This document shows positions 1-10,073 of a stretch of 30,766 nucleotides of DNA, piece by piece (the first letter of the stretch is position 1; every line of letters begins with the position of its first letter). A program made the position numbers and the translations under genes. The notes below the pieces were generated by a model. The model made no database searches, was not told the origin of the DNA, and saw nothing but the letters and a program-made list of their open reading frames with translations. The stretch lies in IMG/VR virus record IMGVR_UViG_3300043184_000212, positions 1 through 30,766 of that record. One strand, written 5' to 3'. This stretch comes from a virus (Duplodnaviria; Caudoviricetes).

Positions 1-2769
1 TTAAAAAACCACTATTGCATCCATTGCACTACCCTCATATATGGTCGTAGTTTCGCCTGCGTTGACGCTTGCACACATAGCGGTCAGATTACCAGCAGTT
101 TCTCCTGTTCTTACATAAGCGGTTATTGTAACTGAGCCATTGGTGCCGTTGTATAAGTGTAGTGGGTTACTATTTAGCGTACCCATTGCCGAAACTTTAT
201 TCACTCGAACAGTGGATGCCGAGCTATTCACGCCGGTAATGTGCCCAGACAGCACAGAGCTACCAGAAGGACCGGAAAAGCCAACATTAATGCCCGATGA
301 GCCAGTACTACCTGTGCTCAAAACAACCACTACCCTGTAGGTCTTGTTTGCTAACAACGGCACACTGAGGCCGGTTATGTTTGTTGCAGACGTACTGTTC
401 GTGGTAAAGTTACCCCCGCTAACCTCAGCAAACAAAGCACCTCCGGACGAGTTAGGCGTAATCCAGTTCAAGGAGCCTGTGCCGTCAGCCTGTAAAATTT
501 GTCCGTTGCTACCTAGTGATGCTGGAAAAGTGTTTGAGCCGATCGTCAGCGACCCGGCATATCTGCCCGATCCATTCACATCCAGTGTATAAGCCGGAAT
601 GCGTTTATTGATACCTACCCGTCCGTTACTAACGCCGCTCCCTGAAGTGTTACAGTCAAGGGCATAAATTAAGTTTCCGATGTTTAACGAATTGCTGATA
701 CTTGGGCTGTCAGAGGTAATGTCGGTGCCGATGAAAATATTATTACTGCCCGTTGTCAAATTTTCCGCAGCAGTATTACCAATAGCCAAATTACCTGTGC
801 CGCTGCTATTAAACAAAGCCCGGCGACCTATAGCCACATTCTTGTTTGTAATAGTGTTGCTAAACAATGCCTCTGGCCCAATCGCTACATTAAAGTAGCC
901 AGTCGTATTGCTATATAACGCACGGCTACCAATAGCACTATTACTACTTGCTACTGAAAGGGCGAGTGCTTTACTGCCAATCGCTGTATTATTGTTGCTG
1001 TTAGTAATGGAAGACAGCGCACTGTCACCAAATGCAACGTTCGAAGCACCGCCATTTAGGTTTATGAACGCCCGAGATCCTACACCATTATTAAAGCTAT
1101 CCTGCACGATGAGTGGATATAGGATGCTTGAATTATAATTGCCCCCAAACTGCACACCCTTTAGCCTCTGACCAGGGTTAATTACACGATTGTTTATAAA
1201 TGTGCCTGCAGTCATTACAGTACTGGTCTTAGATACATCACCCGTGGCAAAATAGCTACCCGAAACCGTATTATCGTCACCATCGAACCTTACCGCCGCA
1301 TTCTTAGGGCTACCATAGAACTCCAAATTTCTGAATATATTACCACTTAATTTAATGGTTGAAGCCGTCTGCTCCTCTTTGTTCATATCGATGAAAAACT
1401 TACACACTCCGCTGCCCAAATAGAACCGACTATTCTGAATGACATTGTTGTACACATGAGCCGAATCATGGCCCGTGCGTATTTCCACTCCGTTCGTCAG
1501 GCTGTCAGCTATAACATCTAGTAGCTCCACGGTATTGGCCCATCCGTCATCAATTGAAAGTACACTTAAACTATCCCCGCCGCCGCCATATGCATTGATA
1601 GAAATATTGCTAATCAAATTATTGTAACTGTTCTCTCCTATTCGTATGAGCGGCTGTCTGGCCACCTTATATTCATCATTTACAATTTCCCCGGCCCAGT
1701 TTATGAACTTGCTCCTATTGGTGCAAATTGCCAGTTCCAATAACTGCTTGCTTACCCTATACCTAAGATTACTTACGTTCCACTTGATGGCCATGTTCAG
1801 GCTCATACACTCCAATGCGTGAATATATAGCCCGTCAATTGTTACACGATAGGCTGTAGCTTGTGAAATAGGTGGTCCACCAGCAGAAATTATTTTACCT
1901 GAACCGTATATTTTCACATCTCGCACAGCATAGAATGGTGTTTTAAAAATATCCGCTTTTTTGCTGGCCGTGGACTTCATGTGGCCGGTTTTACCGATTA
2001 ACCCACCATTCAGAACGTTTGAACCAAGATCGTTATCAAAATACACCACTCTACCCCTTACCGAATCAACTACAGCAAAGGTTTGGAAATAAGGCTTCCA
2101 GCTGTTTCGTCCATTATACCAAGCATCTTGTGCCCTCAAAATGCAAAGACTGTCTTTTTTAAATACAAGCGTGTCGTTTATGTTTATTAGATATGCTGCA
2201 TTGCCAATAATAGAATCACATCTGTAGTACTGCTGATTAGTAGTATCGTAGGCGTTTGGGGTATAATTTCCCAAAAAAAGAGGCGTGAACTCAAATGCCT
2301 TGTCGACATCTTCATTCACAGTCTCCCTTCTGTGACGTAATGTGCCTTCTATCCGCATAGAAACATGGCTGCGCATATAAATACCACTGTCTATTACACA
2401 AACCTTGCCCGCTGGTATCAGTACAGTACCACCTCCTAGTGCTGCGCAAAAATCAACAGCCGCCTGTATGGGCTGCCTGTCATTGGCAATGCCATTTCCT
2501 TTCGCACCAAATAACAGAACGGAAACTTCAGATTTATCGAACTGATTCAGCGTGGATGCTAACTGCCTAATACTTTCCTGTGGTATTGTGTCTGCTTTAT
2601 GCCAATAACTATTCTGCCAAGCCCAAAACTGATCCTGGGTCGGCCTCTGGCCGTTGGAAAACCACAACTGCAATGTACTTCTCGGTACTATTTGCGCATT
2701 AATAAAGGTATGTGATAAAACCAACAACAAGGCCGCAGCCAAATGGCGGCAAATTTTCTTTTTTTTCAT
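1..2769 (-). CDS. Tailspike / receptor-binding protein with pectate-lyase-like beta-helix, YadA-head-like repeats and N-terminal signal peptide
   Basis: Pectate_lyase_3-type start VSVLLFGAKGNGIANDRQPIQAAVD...GGGTVLIPAG; phage fibre N-terminal motif WFSNGQRPTQDQFWAWQNSYWHK; 14-aa NxAIGxxAL repeats; GRVGIN..PAYTLDVNG and GSNGQILQADGTGSLNW fibre motifs; last gene of tail operon. Confidence 0.75.
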   Translation of the reverse strand: MKKKKICRHLAAALLLVLSHTFINAQIVPRSTLQLWFSNGQRPTQDQFWAWQNSYWHKADTIPQESIRQLASTLNQFDKSEVSVLLFGAKGNGIANDRQPIQAAVDFCAALGGGTVLIPAGKVCVIDSGIYMRSHVSMRIEGTLRHRRETVNEDVDKAFEFTPLFLGNYTPNAYDTTNQQYYRCDSIIGNAAYLININDTLVFKKDSLCILRAQDAWYNGRNSWKPYFQTFAVVDSVRGRVVYFDNDLGSNVLNGGLIGKTGHMKSTASKKADIFKTPFYAVRDVKIYGSGKIISAGGPPISQATAYRVTIDGLYIHALECMSLNMAIKWNVSNLRYRVSKQLLELAICTNRSKFINWAGEIVNDEYKVARQPLIRIGENSYNNLISNISINAYGGGGDSLSVLSIDDGWANTVELLDVIADSLTNGVEIRTGHDSAHVYNNVIQNSRFYLGSGVCKFFIDMNKEEQTASTIKLSGNIFRNLEFYGSPKNAAVRFDGDDNTVSGSYFATGDVSKTSTVMTAGTFINNRVINPGQRLKGVQFGGNYNSSILYPLIVQDSFNNGVGSRAFINLNGGASNVAFGDSALSSITNSNNNTAIGSKALALSVASSNSAIGSRALYSNTTGYFNVAIGPEALFSNTITNKNVAIGRRALFNSSGTGNLAIGNTAAENLTTGSNNIFIGTDITSDSPSISNSLNIGNLIYALDCNTSGSGVSNGRVGINKRIPAYTLDVNGSGRYAGSLTIGSNTFPASLGSNGQILQADGTGSLNWITPNSSGGALFAEVSGGNFTTNSTSATNITGLSVPLLANKTYRVVVVLSTGSTGSSGINVGFSGPSGSSVLSGHITGVNSSASTVRVNKVSAMGTLNSNPLHLYNGTNGSVTITAYVRTGETAGNLTAMCASVNAGETTTIYEGSAMDAIVVF
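700..1105 (-). repeat. Coding tandem ~14-aa repeats (NxAIGxxALxSxT; YadA/Hep-Hag-like beta-roll), boundaries approximate
   Basis: NVAFGDSAL, NTAIGSKAL, NSAIGSRAL, NVAIGPEAL, NVAIGRRAL, NLAIGNTAA, NIFIG in the translation. Confidence 0.85.
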
Positions 2770-2771
2770 TT

Positions 2772-3941
2772 TTAAACTCGTTTTAATACTAATATCACAG
2801 TGAAGGGTGAGCGGATAGGCATAGGTGTACCGTCCCCAAAATTCGGGATTTCAAATACCTCCTTTAAATTGGGTTCGGTGCCGCTGTTAATTGAGTCAAA
2901 GCCAGTGGCCGTAGTAGCGTCTCCCGTCTCGCTTTTTTTGAGAAGAACAAAATCCCCGTCAGAAACGTTGGTCGTTGTGGCGTCTTTGTTGTTAAAATTA
3001 ATCTTTGGCAAATAGGTCCGCAGGAGTGTGAATACATTCTTAAGATTGGTATTCTTATGGCCCACTGTGTTATATACAGAGTCATAGGCGTCATCAGCGG
3101 GGTTCACCCGATTATCGTACCCAACCAGCGTTCGGCTCTGCACCTCGCTACTTATTTGCCAACCAGCCCACTTACCATCAGGTATTGCCAAGCCTGTACT
3201 CAGGTCAAAATAATTAACATCGTTCGGGTCGAGACTAAACCAACAATGACCAGGTCTATATATACGCCTTCGCTGCACATCCTCATAACGTTGGCTAGTG
3301 TCGTAATTGGAAAACTTAATAGACGTTCCAGAAGGGGCGGAATTTACCCATATTCCCGAGCTATCCAGCCACACCGGATATGCACCGGAATAGGCACTTA
3401 TTTCGAGAAGCAAACCATCTATAAAAGCAGCTCCAGCCGCTATTTTCAGAGTGCTTGCTGATGTATTGATTGACGATACTTCGCAACCATTTATTATAAC
3501 AGCGTTCTCGCTCATGCATAAACTAAATACATCTTTAATGGAGTTCAGAGCCGATTGTAAGGTACCATCGGTACTGAACGGTATTCTTTGAAAATCTGCC
3601 CAACTGATTGCCCCTGACGCCACTGCGGTAAATACAAACCTTTTGACAAAATACGTGTCTTTTTGTAGCCCATCTGCATATTGTTCTTTCGAAACGACCG
3701 TCTCCAAAACAATATATGGAAGTTTGGCACCACCCACCAGTGGCACCAACTCGCCATTAAAAACCAGCCATCCATCAGACACGTTGCCAGCGCTTTCTGT
3801 AGCTCCCACTATGATAAGTTTATTACCATACCCACTGGCCAGTGAATCAATAGTCTGCCGATAGGCGTTCTGCATAAAATCGAAAGTTCCAGCGTGCCCA
3901 TACATGCCGCCTGAATTGCCAAACTCAATTAAATTATTCAT
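2772..3941 (-). CDS. Baseplate-attached tail fibre protein
   Basis: Follows wedge genes; N-terminal anchor (IIVGATE..VSDGWLVFNGELVP); C-terminal tail-collar-like segment (GWQIS.EVQSRTLVGYD...PMPIRSPFTVILVLKRV). Confidence 0.7.
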   Translation of the reverse strand: MNNLIEFGNSGGMYGHAGTFDFMQNAYRQTIDSLASGYGNKLIIVGATESAGNVSDGWLVFNGELVPLVGGAKLPYIVLETVVSKEQYADGLQKDTYFVKRFVFTAVASGAISWADFQRIPFSTDGTLQSALNSIKDVFSLCMSENAVIINGCEVSSINTSASTLKIAAGAAFIDGLLLEISAYSGAYPVWLDSSGIWVNSAPSGTSIKFSNYDTSQRYEDVQRRRIYRPGHCWFSLDPNDVNYFDLSTGLAIPDGKWAGWQISSEVQSRTLVGYDNRVNPADDAYDSVYNTVGHKNTNLKNVFTLLRTYLPKINFNNKDATTTNVSDGDFVLLKKSETGDATTATGFDSINSGTEPNLKEVFEIPNFGDGTPMPIRSPFTVILVLKRV

Positions 3942-4429
3942 ATGGTGAAAATTTTGAAATTTTTGGATTCCAATTTAAAGGCATCCACAAAGGCCGCCAT
4001 TTCCGCCATATCAAACACCATATCAGCTGGCGCCTGGACAATAAAGTCGGAAACATATTCTGCCGTTTCACCTGTCGTATACAACACCAATGGGCTACCC
4101 TCGGTCGGTTGATTAATTACCAGAGGTCTGTTTTCTTCTGGTTTGTAGAGTAATACTGGTGGAAACTCAACGGCAGGTAATATTCTTATGCGCCTTAGCT
4201 GCACATCCCATCTGTCATTTAATGCCCGCTGAAGTGATACTGCCTGCGCAGTGACTCCAAGGCGGTACTGCGTGGCGATATATCCTGCATAAAAACGCTC
4301 GTACACCCCGCGCACCATGACAGCTATTGCACTCACCATGCTCAAAATTACAGGCAGGCGCAAGGGCTCTGGTGTGAGCCAGGTAGCCAGTTTTGCAACA
4401 TTTAACTCAAATATTTTTTTTTCTGGCAT
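3938..4429 (-). CDS. Baseplate wedge subunit (P2 gpI / Mu gp48-like)
   Basis: Position between J-like gene and fibre; TAQAVSLQRALND..D..RRIRI and DFIVQAP motifs; coupled overlaps. Confidence 0.65.
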   Translation of the reverse strand: MPEKKIFELNVAKLATWLTPEPLRLPVILSMVSAIAVMVRGVYERFYAGYIATQYRLGVTAQAVSLQRALNDRWDVQLRRIRILPAVEFPPVLLYKPEENRPLVINQPTEGSPLVLYTTGETAEYVSDFIVQAPADMVFDMAEMAAFVDAFKLESKNFKIFTI

Positions 4430-5298
4430 TACAGATTGATTGGTTGATAAATGATTTCTAAGTCTGTTGCATTATAGAATTTAAGGTAGCCTGCGTCCGG
4501 CTTGTACCTGTCCGTTACACTGACATATGGCATAAGGCCATACTTCGCACTGCACTCTAATATCCGAGGTTCAAAAACCCCTTGTACCTGCTGTACATAG
4601 TCGATATGAAAGGTGGGTACATAGTAGCCGCCAAATTTGTACACGTTAAGCAGAAACCCTTCAATTGCGTCTTTCACAGGAGTTAGCTCGCTGCCGTCTA
4701 TACGCTGACCCTGTGCATTAATCTGGAGAGGGTCATATTTTATCAGCCATTTCATTTTTATACTATCCGGGTCTCCGCTCTCCACTATTAGGCGATCACC
4801 TGCCGGTGCCACCTGATCTTCTTTGAAATAATATTCAAGAGCACCAACTACGCCGGGAGATAGCTTTATCGGTGCACCGCTGGAAGCACCAGCTATTTTT
4901 ATGCGCAATATGATGCGCCCAAACGAATCAGCCAATTTCTCAACAGTGGCATATTTAATCACCTTCGATTCCAAAATTTGTTGTTCTGTTGAGCCAGTAT
5001 TGTCAAATTGGTCAGTTTCTGGTATTAATGCAAAACCGTATTGAAATTCTAAACACTTCTGAACGTACCACCTAATGCTTGAGGGCTTTAATGCAGCCAG
5101 TTCTTCTGAAACATGTACTAAATGAACATCCAGTAAAGATTCCACCACCCAAACCATGTAAGCACAGGTGTAGAGCATTAGACGCTGTATGTTCGTCACG
5201 CTCCAGCTTTCCGGTGTCACAATGATACCCACTGCCGCCAGATTGGCTTTGTACACCTCAGTTGCCTCGGTATAAATTTCTTCAATTTTTCTTGCCAT
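4429..5298 (-). CDS. Baseplate wedge subunit (baseplate J / Mu gp47-like)
   Basis: MARKIEEIY start, RWY...LEFQYG, IKYATV, LRIKIAG, DYVQQVQGV; synteny. Confidence 0.7.
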   Translation of the reverse strand: MARKIEEIYTEATEVYKANLAAVGIIVTPESWSVTNIQRLMLYTCAYMVWVVESLLDVHLVHVSEELAALKPSSIRWYVQKCLEFQYGFALIPETDQFDNTGSTEQQILESKVIKYATVEKLADSFGRIILRIKIAGASSGAPIKLSPGVVGALEYYFKEDQVAPAGDRLIVESGDPDSIKMKWLIKYDPLQINAQGQRIDGSELTPVKDAIEGFLLNVYKFGGYYVPTFHIDYVQQVQGVFEPRILECSAKYGLMPYVSVTDRYKPDAGYLKFYNATDLEIIYQPINL

Positions 5299-5302
5299 GT
5301 CA

Positions 5303-5590
5303 TTAAATTGTACTCACAACGAAATCAACGTTTATGATCCAAACACCAATGCCTTGCATACTTTGTGAATAGCCGCTGGCCGGTTCATTACCTGGAACTT
5401 TAAAAAAAGCAGCATTGCGCCATGTGTTAATTGCAGGTAGTGGTGTGTCTAGCAAAGTGCCAACAGCAAGGTCTGTAGTCATAGATATATTATTCAATAT
5501 CGCTACATCTATCAACCTGTCAACACTGCCACAGGCTTGCAGGGATATGTCTATTAAAGTTTGATTATGCTTAACTGTAACTGGCATCAA
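5303..5590 (-). CDS. LysM-like baseplate protein (P2 gpX-like)
   Basis: VTVKHNQTLIDISLQACGS...VAILNNIS.T.DL.VG is a LysM pattern; synteny. Confidence 0.7.
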   Translation of the reverse strand: MMPVTVKHNQTLIDISLQACGSVDRLIDVAILNNISMTTDLAVGTLLDTPLPAINTWRNAAFFKVPGNEPASGYSQSMQGIGVWIINVDFVVSTI

Positions 5591-5858
5591 TCAACAATTT
5601 TCCATTTTGAAAATTTAAAAGATTAACCACCATTCCATCTTTAGTGAATTGCTTACGCACCTCCCGAAGAAAGGCCGCAAGGTTTTCGCCTTCCAGATAG
5701 CCGGCACTCCCCACGCACGCCGTTGGAGTTTGTTTATAGGCTCCCTTCTCACATAGTAGTAGAAGCCGCTGGTGCTGCTTCGTTGATTCGCCCACCTGTA
5801 CATCATTATCAACTATTGCCAAATCACCGGTTTCATTTAAGAGCCAATCTGTCATCAT
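5571..5858 (-). CDS. Baseplate gp25/gpW-like sheath initiator
   Basis: DWLLNETGDL...GESTKQH..LLLL..KGAYKQ.P..CVG pattern; size and position. Confidence 0.65.
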   Translation of the reverse strand: MMTDWLLNETGDLAIVDNDVQVGESTKQHQRLLLLCEKGAYKQTPTACVGSAGYLEGENLAAFLREVRKQFTKDGMVVNLLNFQNGKLLIDASYS

Positions 5859-6076
5859 CTTATATTGCCAATTTTTGTTTCAGGAACTACTGATGTTACA
5901 GGTGTAGTGCCGGCCACAAGGTTACTGACATATACCACCTCGGCGGCTTTTACATAGTCATCGATAGCAGTGGCCAGGCTTTCAATGAAAGTATCTATGC
6001 TGCCGCCCGTTTCGCCCAGAGTTTGATTATATGCATGTCTCAGAGCCAACTTCAAGTTTTCTTTGTTTAAACTCAC
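5855..6076 (-). CDS. Small baseplate protein after the spike (possible spike tip)
   Basis: Overlaps both neighbours; LATAIDDYVKAAEV motif; function inferred from position. Confidence 0.5.
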   Translation of the reverse strand: MSLNKENLKLALRHAYNQTLGETGGSIDTFIESLATAIDDYVKAAEVVYVSNLVAGTTPVTSVVPETKIGNIR

Positions 6077-6525
6077 TTTAAAATACTTTCAAATTTAGTT
6101 TTAAGTGCCACCAAAGCCGCCGAATCTTTGGGTGCATAAATCAACAATATTTGTTCAATCAAATCTGCCATTAAGGGGCCTAGGCTATCTTCACCTTTTT
6201 TTAGTAGAAAACCGTCTGAGTCTTGTCTAAACTCTGTCATTGCTACCTGCGCCTGCCAGTATTCCCATTCATCGGCAGACAATAGTAACCATTCCTCATC
6301 CTCCTCTATCCGAACTGCGATACAAGCGGTGTTTATTTTAGGGCATAGTGTCAATGCCCTGCCACCGGTTTTAATTACCTTCATTCGAACAGGTACAGAT
6401 ACGCCCTCTACGTCAAGAATAACTTCACTAGTACCAACAGACACATTAGCACATTTGCCCACCAGCGTAGGTACCGGTCCTACGCCTGCTGCCAGCTTTC
6501 TTAGTGCCATTATAACTTCGCTCAT
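6073..6525 (-). CDS. Baseplate central spike (gpV / Mu gp45-like)
   Basis: N-terminal OB-fold-like strands then short beta repeats; follows hub gene. Confidence 0.6.
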   Translation of the reverse strand: MSEVIMALRKLAAGVGPVPTLVGKCANVSVGTSEVILDVEGVSVPVRMKVIKTGGRALTLCPKINTACIAVRIEEDEEWLLLSADEWEYWQAQVAMTEFRQDSDGFLLKKGEDSLGPLMADLIEQILLIYAPKDSAALVALKTKFESILK

Positions 6526-7499
6526 ACCCGTCTACCCAGTGTCAATACCTGGCGGGCACCAGTCCGATCAAATGTCCCATCCACAGCATCTATTATATAA
6601 CTACCCGCCATCTCCGGATAACGGCGATTAGAAATGTTTGCTATATCATTAACACGACACGTTTTGGACAAAAAAACAACGAGCTTCCCGCCCATGCCTT
6701 TGCTCCGTTCTGTGGTTTGCAAATCTTCTTTTAGTGCAGCAATGAATAAGGGATCGGCAGTGCCTGTTATACGAACCACTTTATTATTATTGCCAGCAGG
6801 GCTGGTGGTAACCACTTCCCCCTCCTCGTTTCTTGTTTTAATGTCTATATTTAGAATCGATAGCGGGATGTCTGTTTTTATTAAATCAGCATCGCTTGCC
6901 ACATTCCATCCCACACGGTAGTCAATTTTTTGACCGTTTGGCTTACCATATCGGAGACCGCAATAAAGAATGGATTGTTCAAAATATATGGTTAATAGCA
7001 AATTGCGCTTCAACCATTCAAGCACTTGAAGGCCCGTATAATTGCGCAGATCTGCTTTATGTAGGGGTATATGAGGTATGGAATTATGTAAGCTTATACC
7101 AGTTTCTTTAACCAAGTCGGTTAACACGTCAGCAACCGTTGTATTTGTATACAGACGGTGCGTTATTACGTTGCGTAAGCGATAGCCCCAACCTTCACAC
7201 TGCACCACCATTGGAGCCTTATAAATTATTTTGGCCACAAATCCTTCGAACTGCAATTGATTGTTTCCGTTGTACCCTGCCCTTATACTTACACTCATAC
7301 CCTCTTTTATCAAGGTTTGTGTGGGTATTTTATTCCTCAGTGAGGCCACATCAGGCTGGCCGCCATCGAGTACACTAACCGCAGGTATTGTTAGAGACGC
7401 CACACTCATGTATTCATCTATAGCGTTACGCCAGCTCATAGACTGCACCCTATACCCTTTATAAGGGCCAATGGCAATATCCGTGGTCATTCTAAACAC
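6522..7499 (-). CDS. Baseplate hub protein (P2 gpD / Mu gp44-like)
   Basis: VSIRAGYNG...FEGFV, VQCEGWGY.L, GSYIIDAVDGTF..TGARQVLTLG. Confidence 0.75.
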   Translation of the reverse strand: MFRMTTDIAIGPYKGYRVQSMSWRNAIDEYMSVASLTIPAVSVLDGGQPDVASLRNKIPTQTLIKEGMSVSIRAGYNGNNQLQFEGFVAKIIYKAPMVVQCEGWGYRLRNVITHRLYTNTTVADVLTDLVKETGISLHNSIPHIPLHKADLRNYTGLQVLEWLKRNLLLTIYFEQSILYCGLRYGKPNGQKIDYRVGWNVASDADLIKTDIPLSILNIDIKTRNEEGEVVTTSPAGNNNKVVRITGTADPLFIAALKEDLQTTERSKGMGGKLVVFLSKTCRVNDIANISNRRYPEMAGSYIIDAVDGTFDRTGARQVLTLGRRV

Positions 7500-8106
7500 T
7501 AGTCAACTCGTTTACACTGTCGCTTTCCAATTGAATAATAAAGGGCCTTACGTGCTTTCTTCCGCCTTCTACTTCTGGTAGCTGAAAAGAATTCATGACT
7601 ACCTTGTCGTTTTGTTCCAAAAAAATATTGGCCAGCGCATTGTCAATGGAGAAAGCATCACCAAGCTCATGCAGCTTCTTTAAGCTAAGCAAATCTTGAT
7701 ACGGCCATAGCCGTTCTTTTAAATCAATGAAAAACCCTTTAATTTCAAATCTATAATCGTCTATGCTATAAAGCTCTTTTACCGAGCCTCTTCGGTCTGC
7801 CAGTGGCGTACGGACAATGGTTGTACTGCCAGTGACCCTGATAACTGAAAAGGGCAGCTCAAAGACGCCCCGCTCAAACAAATCCGCTGGCAGGTCAGTA
7901 AATGCAGTAGGCAGCCAAACTTCCACGCCCATATAGGTGCTGCGCAGCGTATTACCAACCATGTCAGTATTTCTTCTGACCGGCGCACCCTGTAAAGCAT
8001 ACGGAGGCGTTGCCGGTGGCAAAGGAGGCAAATCCTTTGGCACCGCAGGACGCCCCCCAAATGTGCGCTGATATAATTGGTCTATGTCATATACTATGCT
8101 GCTCAT
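7492..8106 (-). CDS. DUF6046-like tail tube initiator / distal tail protein
   Basis: IVRTPL..RRGSVKELYSIDDY.FEIKG and FIIQLESD motifs immediately after tape measure. Confidence 0.65.
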   Translation of the reverse strand: MSSIVYDIDQLYQRTFGGRPAVPKDLPPLPPATPPYALQGAPVRRNTDMVGNTLRSTYMGVEVWLPTAFTDLPADLFERGVFELPFSVIRVTGSTTIVRTPLADRRGSVKELYSIDDYRFEIKGFFIDLKERLWPYQDLLSLKKLHELGDAFSIDNALANIFLEQNDKVVMNSFQLPEVEGGRKHVRPFIIQLESDSVNELTSV

Positions 8107-10073
8107 TGTAGGTATGCGCCGCTGTTTAGTAATCTTAGAAACATCTTTTCCAGCTCCGCCTGTAGATCATTCATGCCCTGGTTGAGAGAATCGGCATGAA
8201 GCTCTATTTTGTCAGCGAACTTTACGCCGTTGATGTTAATAACACGAGGGCCGCCAGATGCTATTGACCGTCCTATTTCATCACTAGAAGATTTCGAGCC
8301 GCCAATAGAGCTGAAACCAACGCCTCCCATTAGGCCGGCCCCTTCATTAGCTATCTTTCCGGGAGTGACGAATTTTGAAAAAGAGCTGAAATCAAAGCCA
8401 CCGGATTTCCTGCTGTAATTATTGGTTAAGCCCGGCCACGCCTGGCCACCTGTTACGCTGCTCACCCATGCATCGTATGCACTAATTAGTTTCATGGCCT
8501 CGGCATTACCGGTCATCGCTCTTACTTTTGACACTGTTGCTAAGTTCTGTTCAACAACCTTATCTCTATCGGCGCTAATCTTAGCATTTTCCGCGTTCCG
8601 CAGGGCGGGTATTAATGTTCGATTATAATAGGCCTCGAGTCCGCTAGCATTAGTAATTTGCGCGCCGCTAAGAGCGTCCCGCAGGTTCAAATATTTAAAA
8701 TTACCCGTCCATGTTCCTTCTTTGTCAGGGTTGTTTTTATAATAAGCTATTTGCTTTCGCACTCTTTCCGCCCGGCCCATGATTTCATTGAGTTGGTCAT
8801 TGGCCACATCAGCATTGTAAGCAGATTGCGCCAGTCTTATCCTCTCGCCATATTCTTTATTTACCAACTTAAGGCGCCTTAGTAACTCTTCATTTTTAAC
8901 ACCTTCTGAATCAATGCCTCCAAAAAGGGACGGATAACTCTTGACCAATGAATTGATTAAGCTGTGCCTTGTGGCGTTACCTTCGTTCAAAGAAGTAATG
9001 CTGGTAACCAAGTCATTGATAGCTCCCTGCTCGGTGGCCAGCTTGCCTGGCAGCGTTTCACTGATAGATATAAATTTCAGCAAGTGACTGCCCGCATCCA
9101 TCAGTACAGTAGCCAGCGGTGTCAGTGCTGTTCCAAATTGTATTTTAAAATTCTCCCACTGACCCTGCATGATTTGTAGCTTACCAAAACCAGTATCAGC
9201 AATTTGTTCCATCATGTCGCCGAAATTTCCGCCTGTGGCAGTGGCATGCTTAATGGCGTTAGTAATCATTTCCGCAGAAATAGCACCCTCTTCCATTTCT
9301 TTTCTTAGGGTACCGACAGACTTGCTGGTCATCTCCGATATTTCAGACAGGGGGTTAAAGCCCGCATTGACAAACTGAAGTAGATCTTGGCCCATGAGCC
9401 TGCCCGCAGCTGATACCTGGCTAAAAGCCAGTGTAAGTGCATCCATCTTCTGGGCATCTCCCATACTGATATCGCCCAGCATTTTGATAACTGGTAGCAC
9501 CTCATCCTGGTCGACACCAAAACCAAGCATTGTTTTGGCATTTCCAAAAACCCCAGAGCCCAGTATGGTCTGTTGCTGCAGCCGGTTTAAATTTTCTGCC
9601 AAAGCGTTGCCCTTATCGCGGCTGCCGGTAAGTACTTCAAAGCTCTTTTTTGTAGCCTCATAATCCATGGCGGCACTGACAGAGGCGTTAGCAAACATCA
9701 TGGCGCTGGACAATGCTGCTGCGGGCGCAAGCCTGCGTAGCAAGGCCCCTACCATCGGCCCGCCGCCCACACTGCTGCCACTGTTTACTCGACCAATATG
9801 CGACGACTCCATACGACGCAAGGCCTCTAGCTCCCGCCGGGCCTCTTTTATTTGTGAGGGTATACGGCTGCTGCCAACAACCTGTTCAGTTGTTTTAATT
9901 TTTTTCTGTAGTTCATCGTAGCTCATTGATAATGTACGGGCAGCCCCATTGGCATTTTCAACGCGCTTCTGTAAATTCTGAAAGGTGTCGTTGGCCACTC
10001 TCGAAACCTTAGTCAGCCCTCCGGTCATCAAGTCTTTTAATCGAATCATAAATTCAAGCGTACCGGTATTCAT
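8103..10073 (-). CDS. Tape measure protein
   Basis: Helical, Ala/Gly-rich; SFEVLTGS, LGDISMG, LAFSQVSAAGRLMGQDLLQF tape-measure motifs; follows chaperone. Confidence 0.92.
   Translation of the reverse strand: MNTGTLEFMIRLKDLMTGGLTKVSRVANDTFQNLQKRVENANGAARTLSMSYDELQKKIKTTEQVVGSSRIPSQIKEARRELEALRRMESSHIGRVNSGSSVGGGPMVGALLRRLAPAAALSSAMMFANASVSAAMDYEATKKSFEVLTGSRDKGNALAENLNRLQQQTILGSGVFGNAKTMLGFGVDQDEVLPVIKMLGDISMGDAQKMDALTLAFSQVSAAGRLMGQDLLQFVNAGFNPLSEISEMTSKSVGTLRKEMEEGAISAEMITNAIKHATATGGNFGDMMEQIADTGFGKLQIMQGQWENFKIQFGTALTPLATVLMDAGSHLLKFISISETLPGKLATEQGAINDLVTSITSLNEGNATRHSLINSLVKSYPSLFGGIDSEGVKNEELLRRLKLVNKEYGERIRLAQSAYNADVANDQLNEIMGRAERVRKQIAYYKNNPDKEGTWTGNFKYLNLRDALSGAQITNASGLEAYYNRTLIPALRNAENAKISADRDKVVEQNLATVSKVRAMTGNAEAMKLISAYDAWVSSVTGGQAWPGLTNNYSRKSGGFDFSSFSKFVTPGKIANEGAGLMGGVGFSSIGGSKSSSDEIGRSIASGGPRVININGVKFADKIELHADSLNQGMNDLQAELEKMFLRLLNSGAYLQ

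Noticed and set aside
140-1138. Series of plus-strand ORFs with repetitive hydrophobic sequence
   Set aside because: Antisense shadows of the tailspike repeats
2759-2766. A8 run after tailspike ATG as phase-variation switch
   Set aside because: Poly-Lys A-runs after start codons are common here; no independent support
1-3941. Diversity-generating retroelement or invertible fibre segment
   Set aside because: No reverse transcriptase, invertase or TR/VR pair noticed in the window; flanks cannot be assessed
8209-9921. Multiple plus-strand ORFs
   Set aside because: Antisense shadows of the tape measure gene
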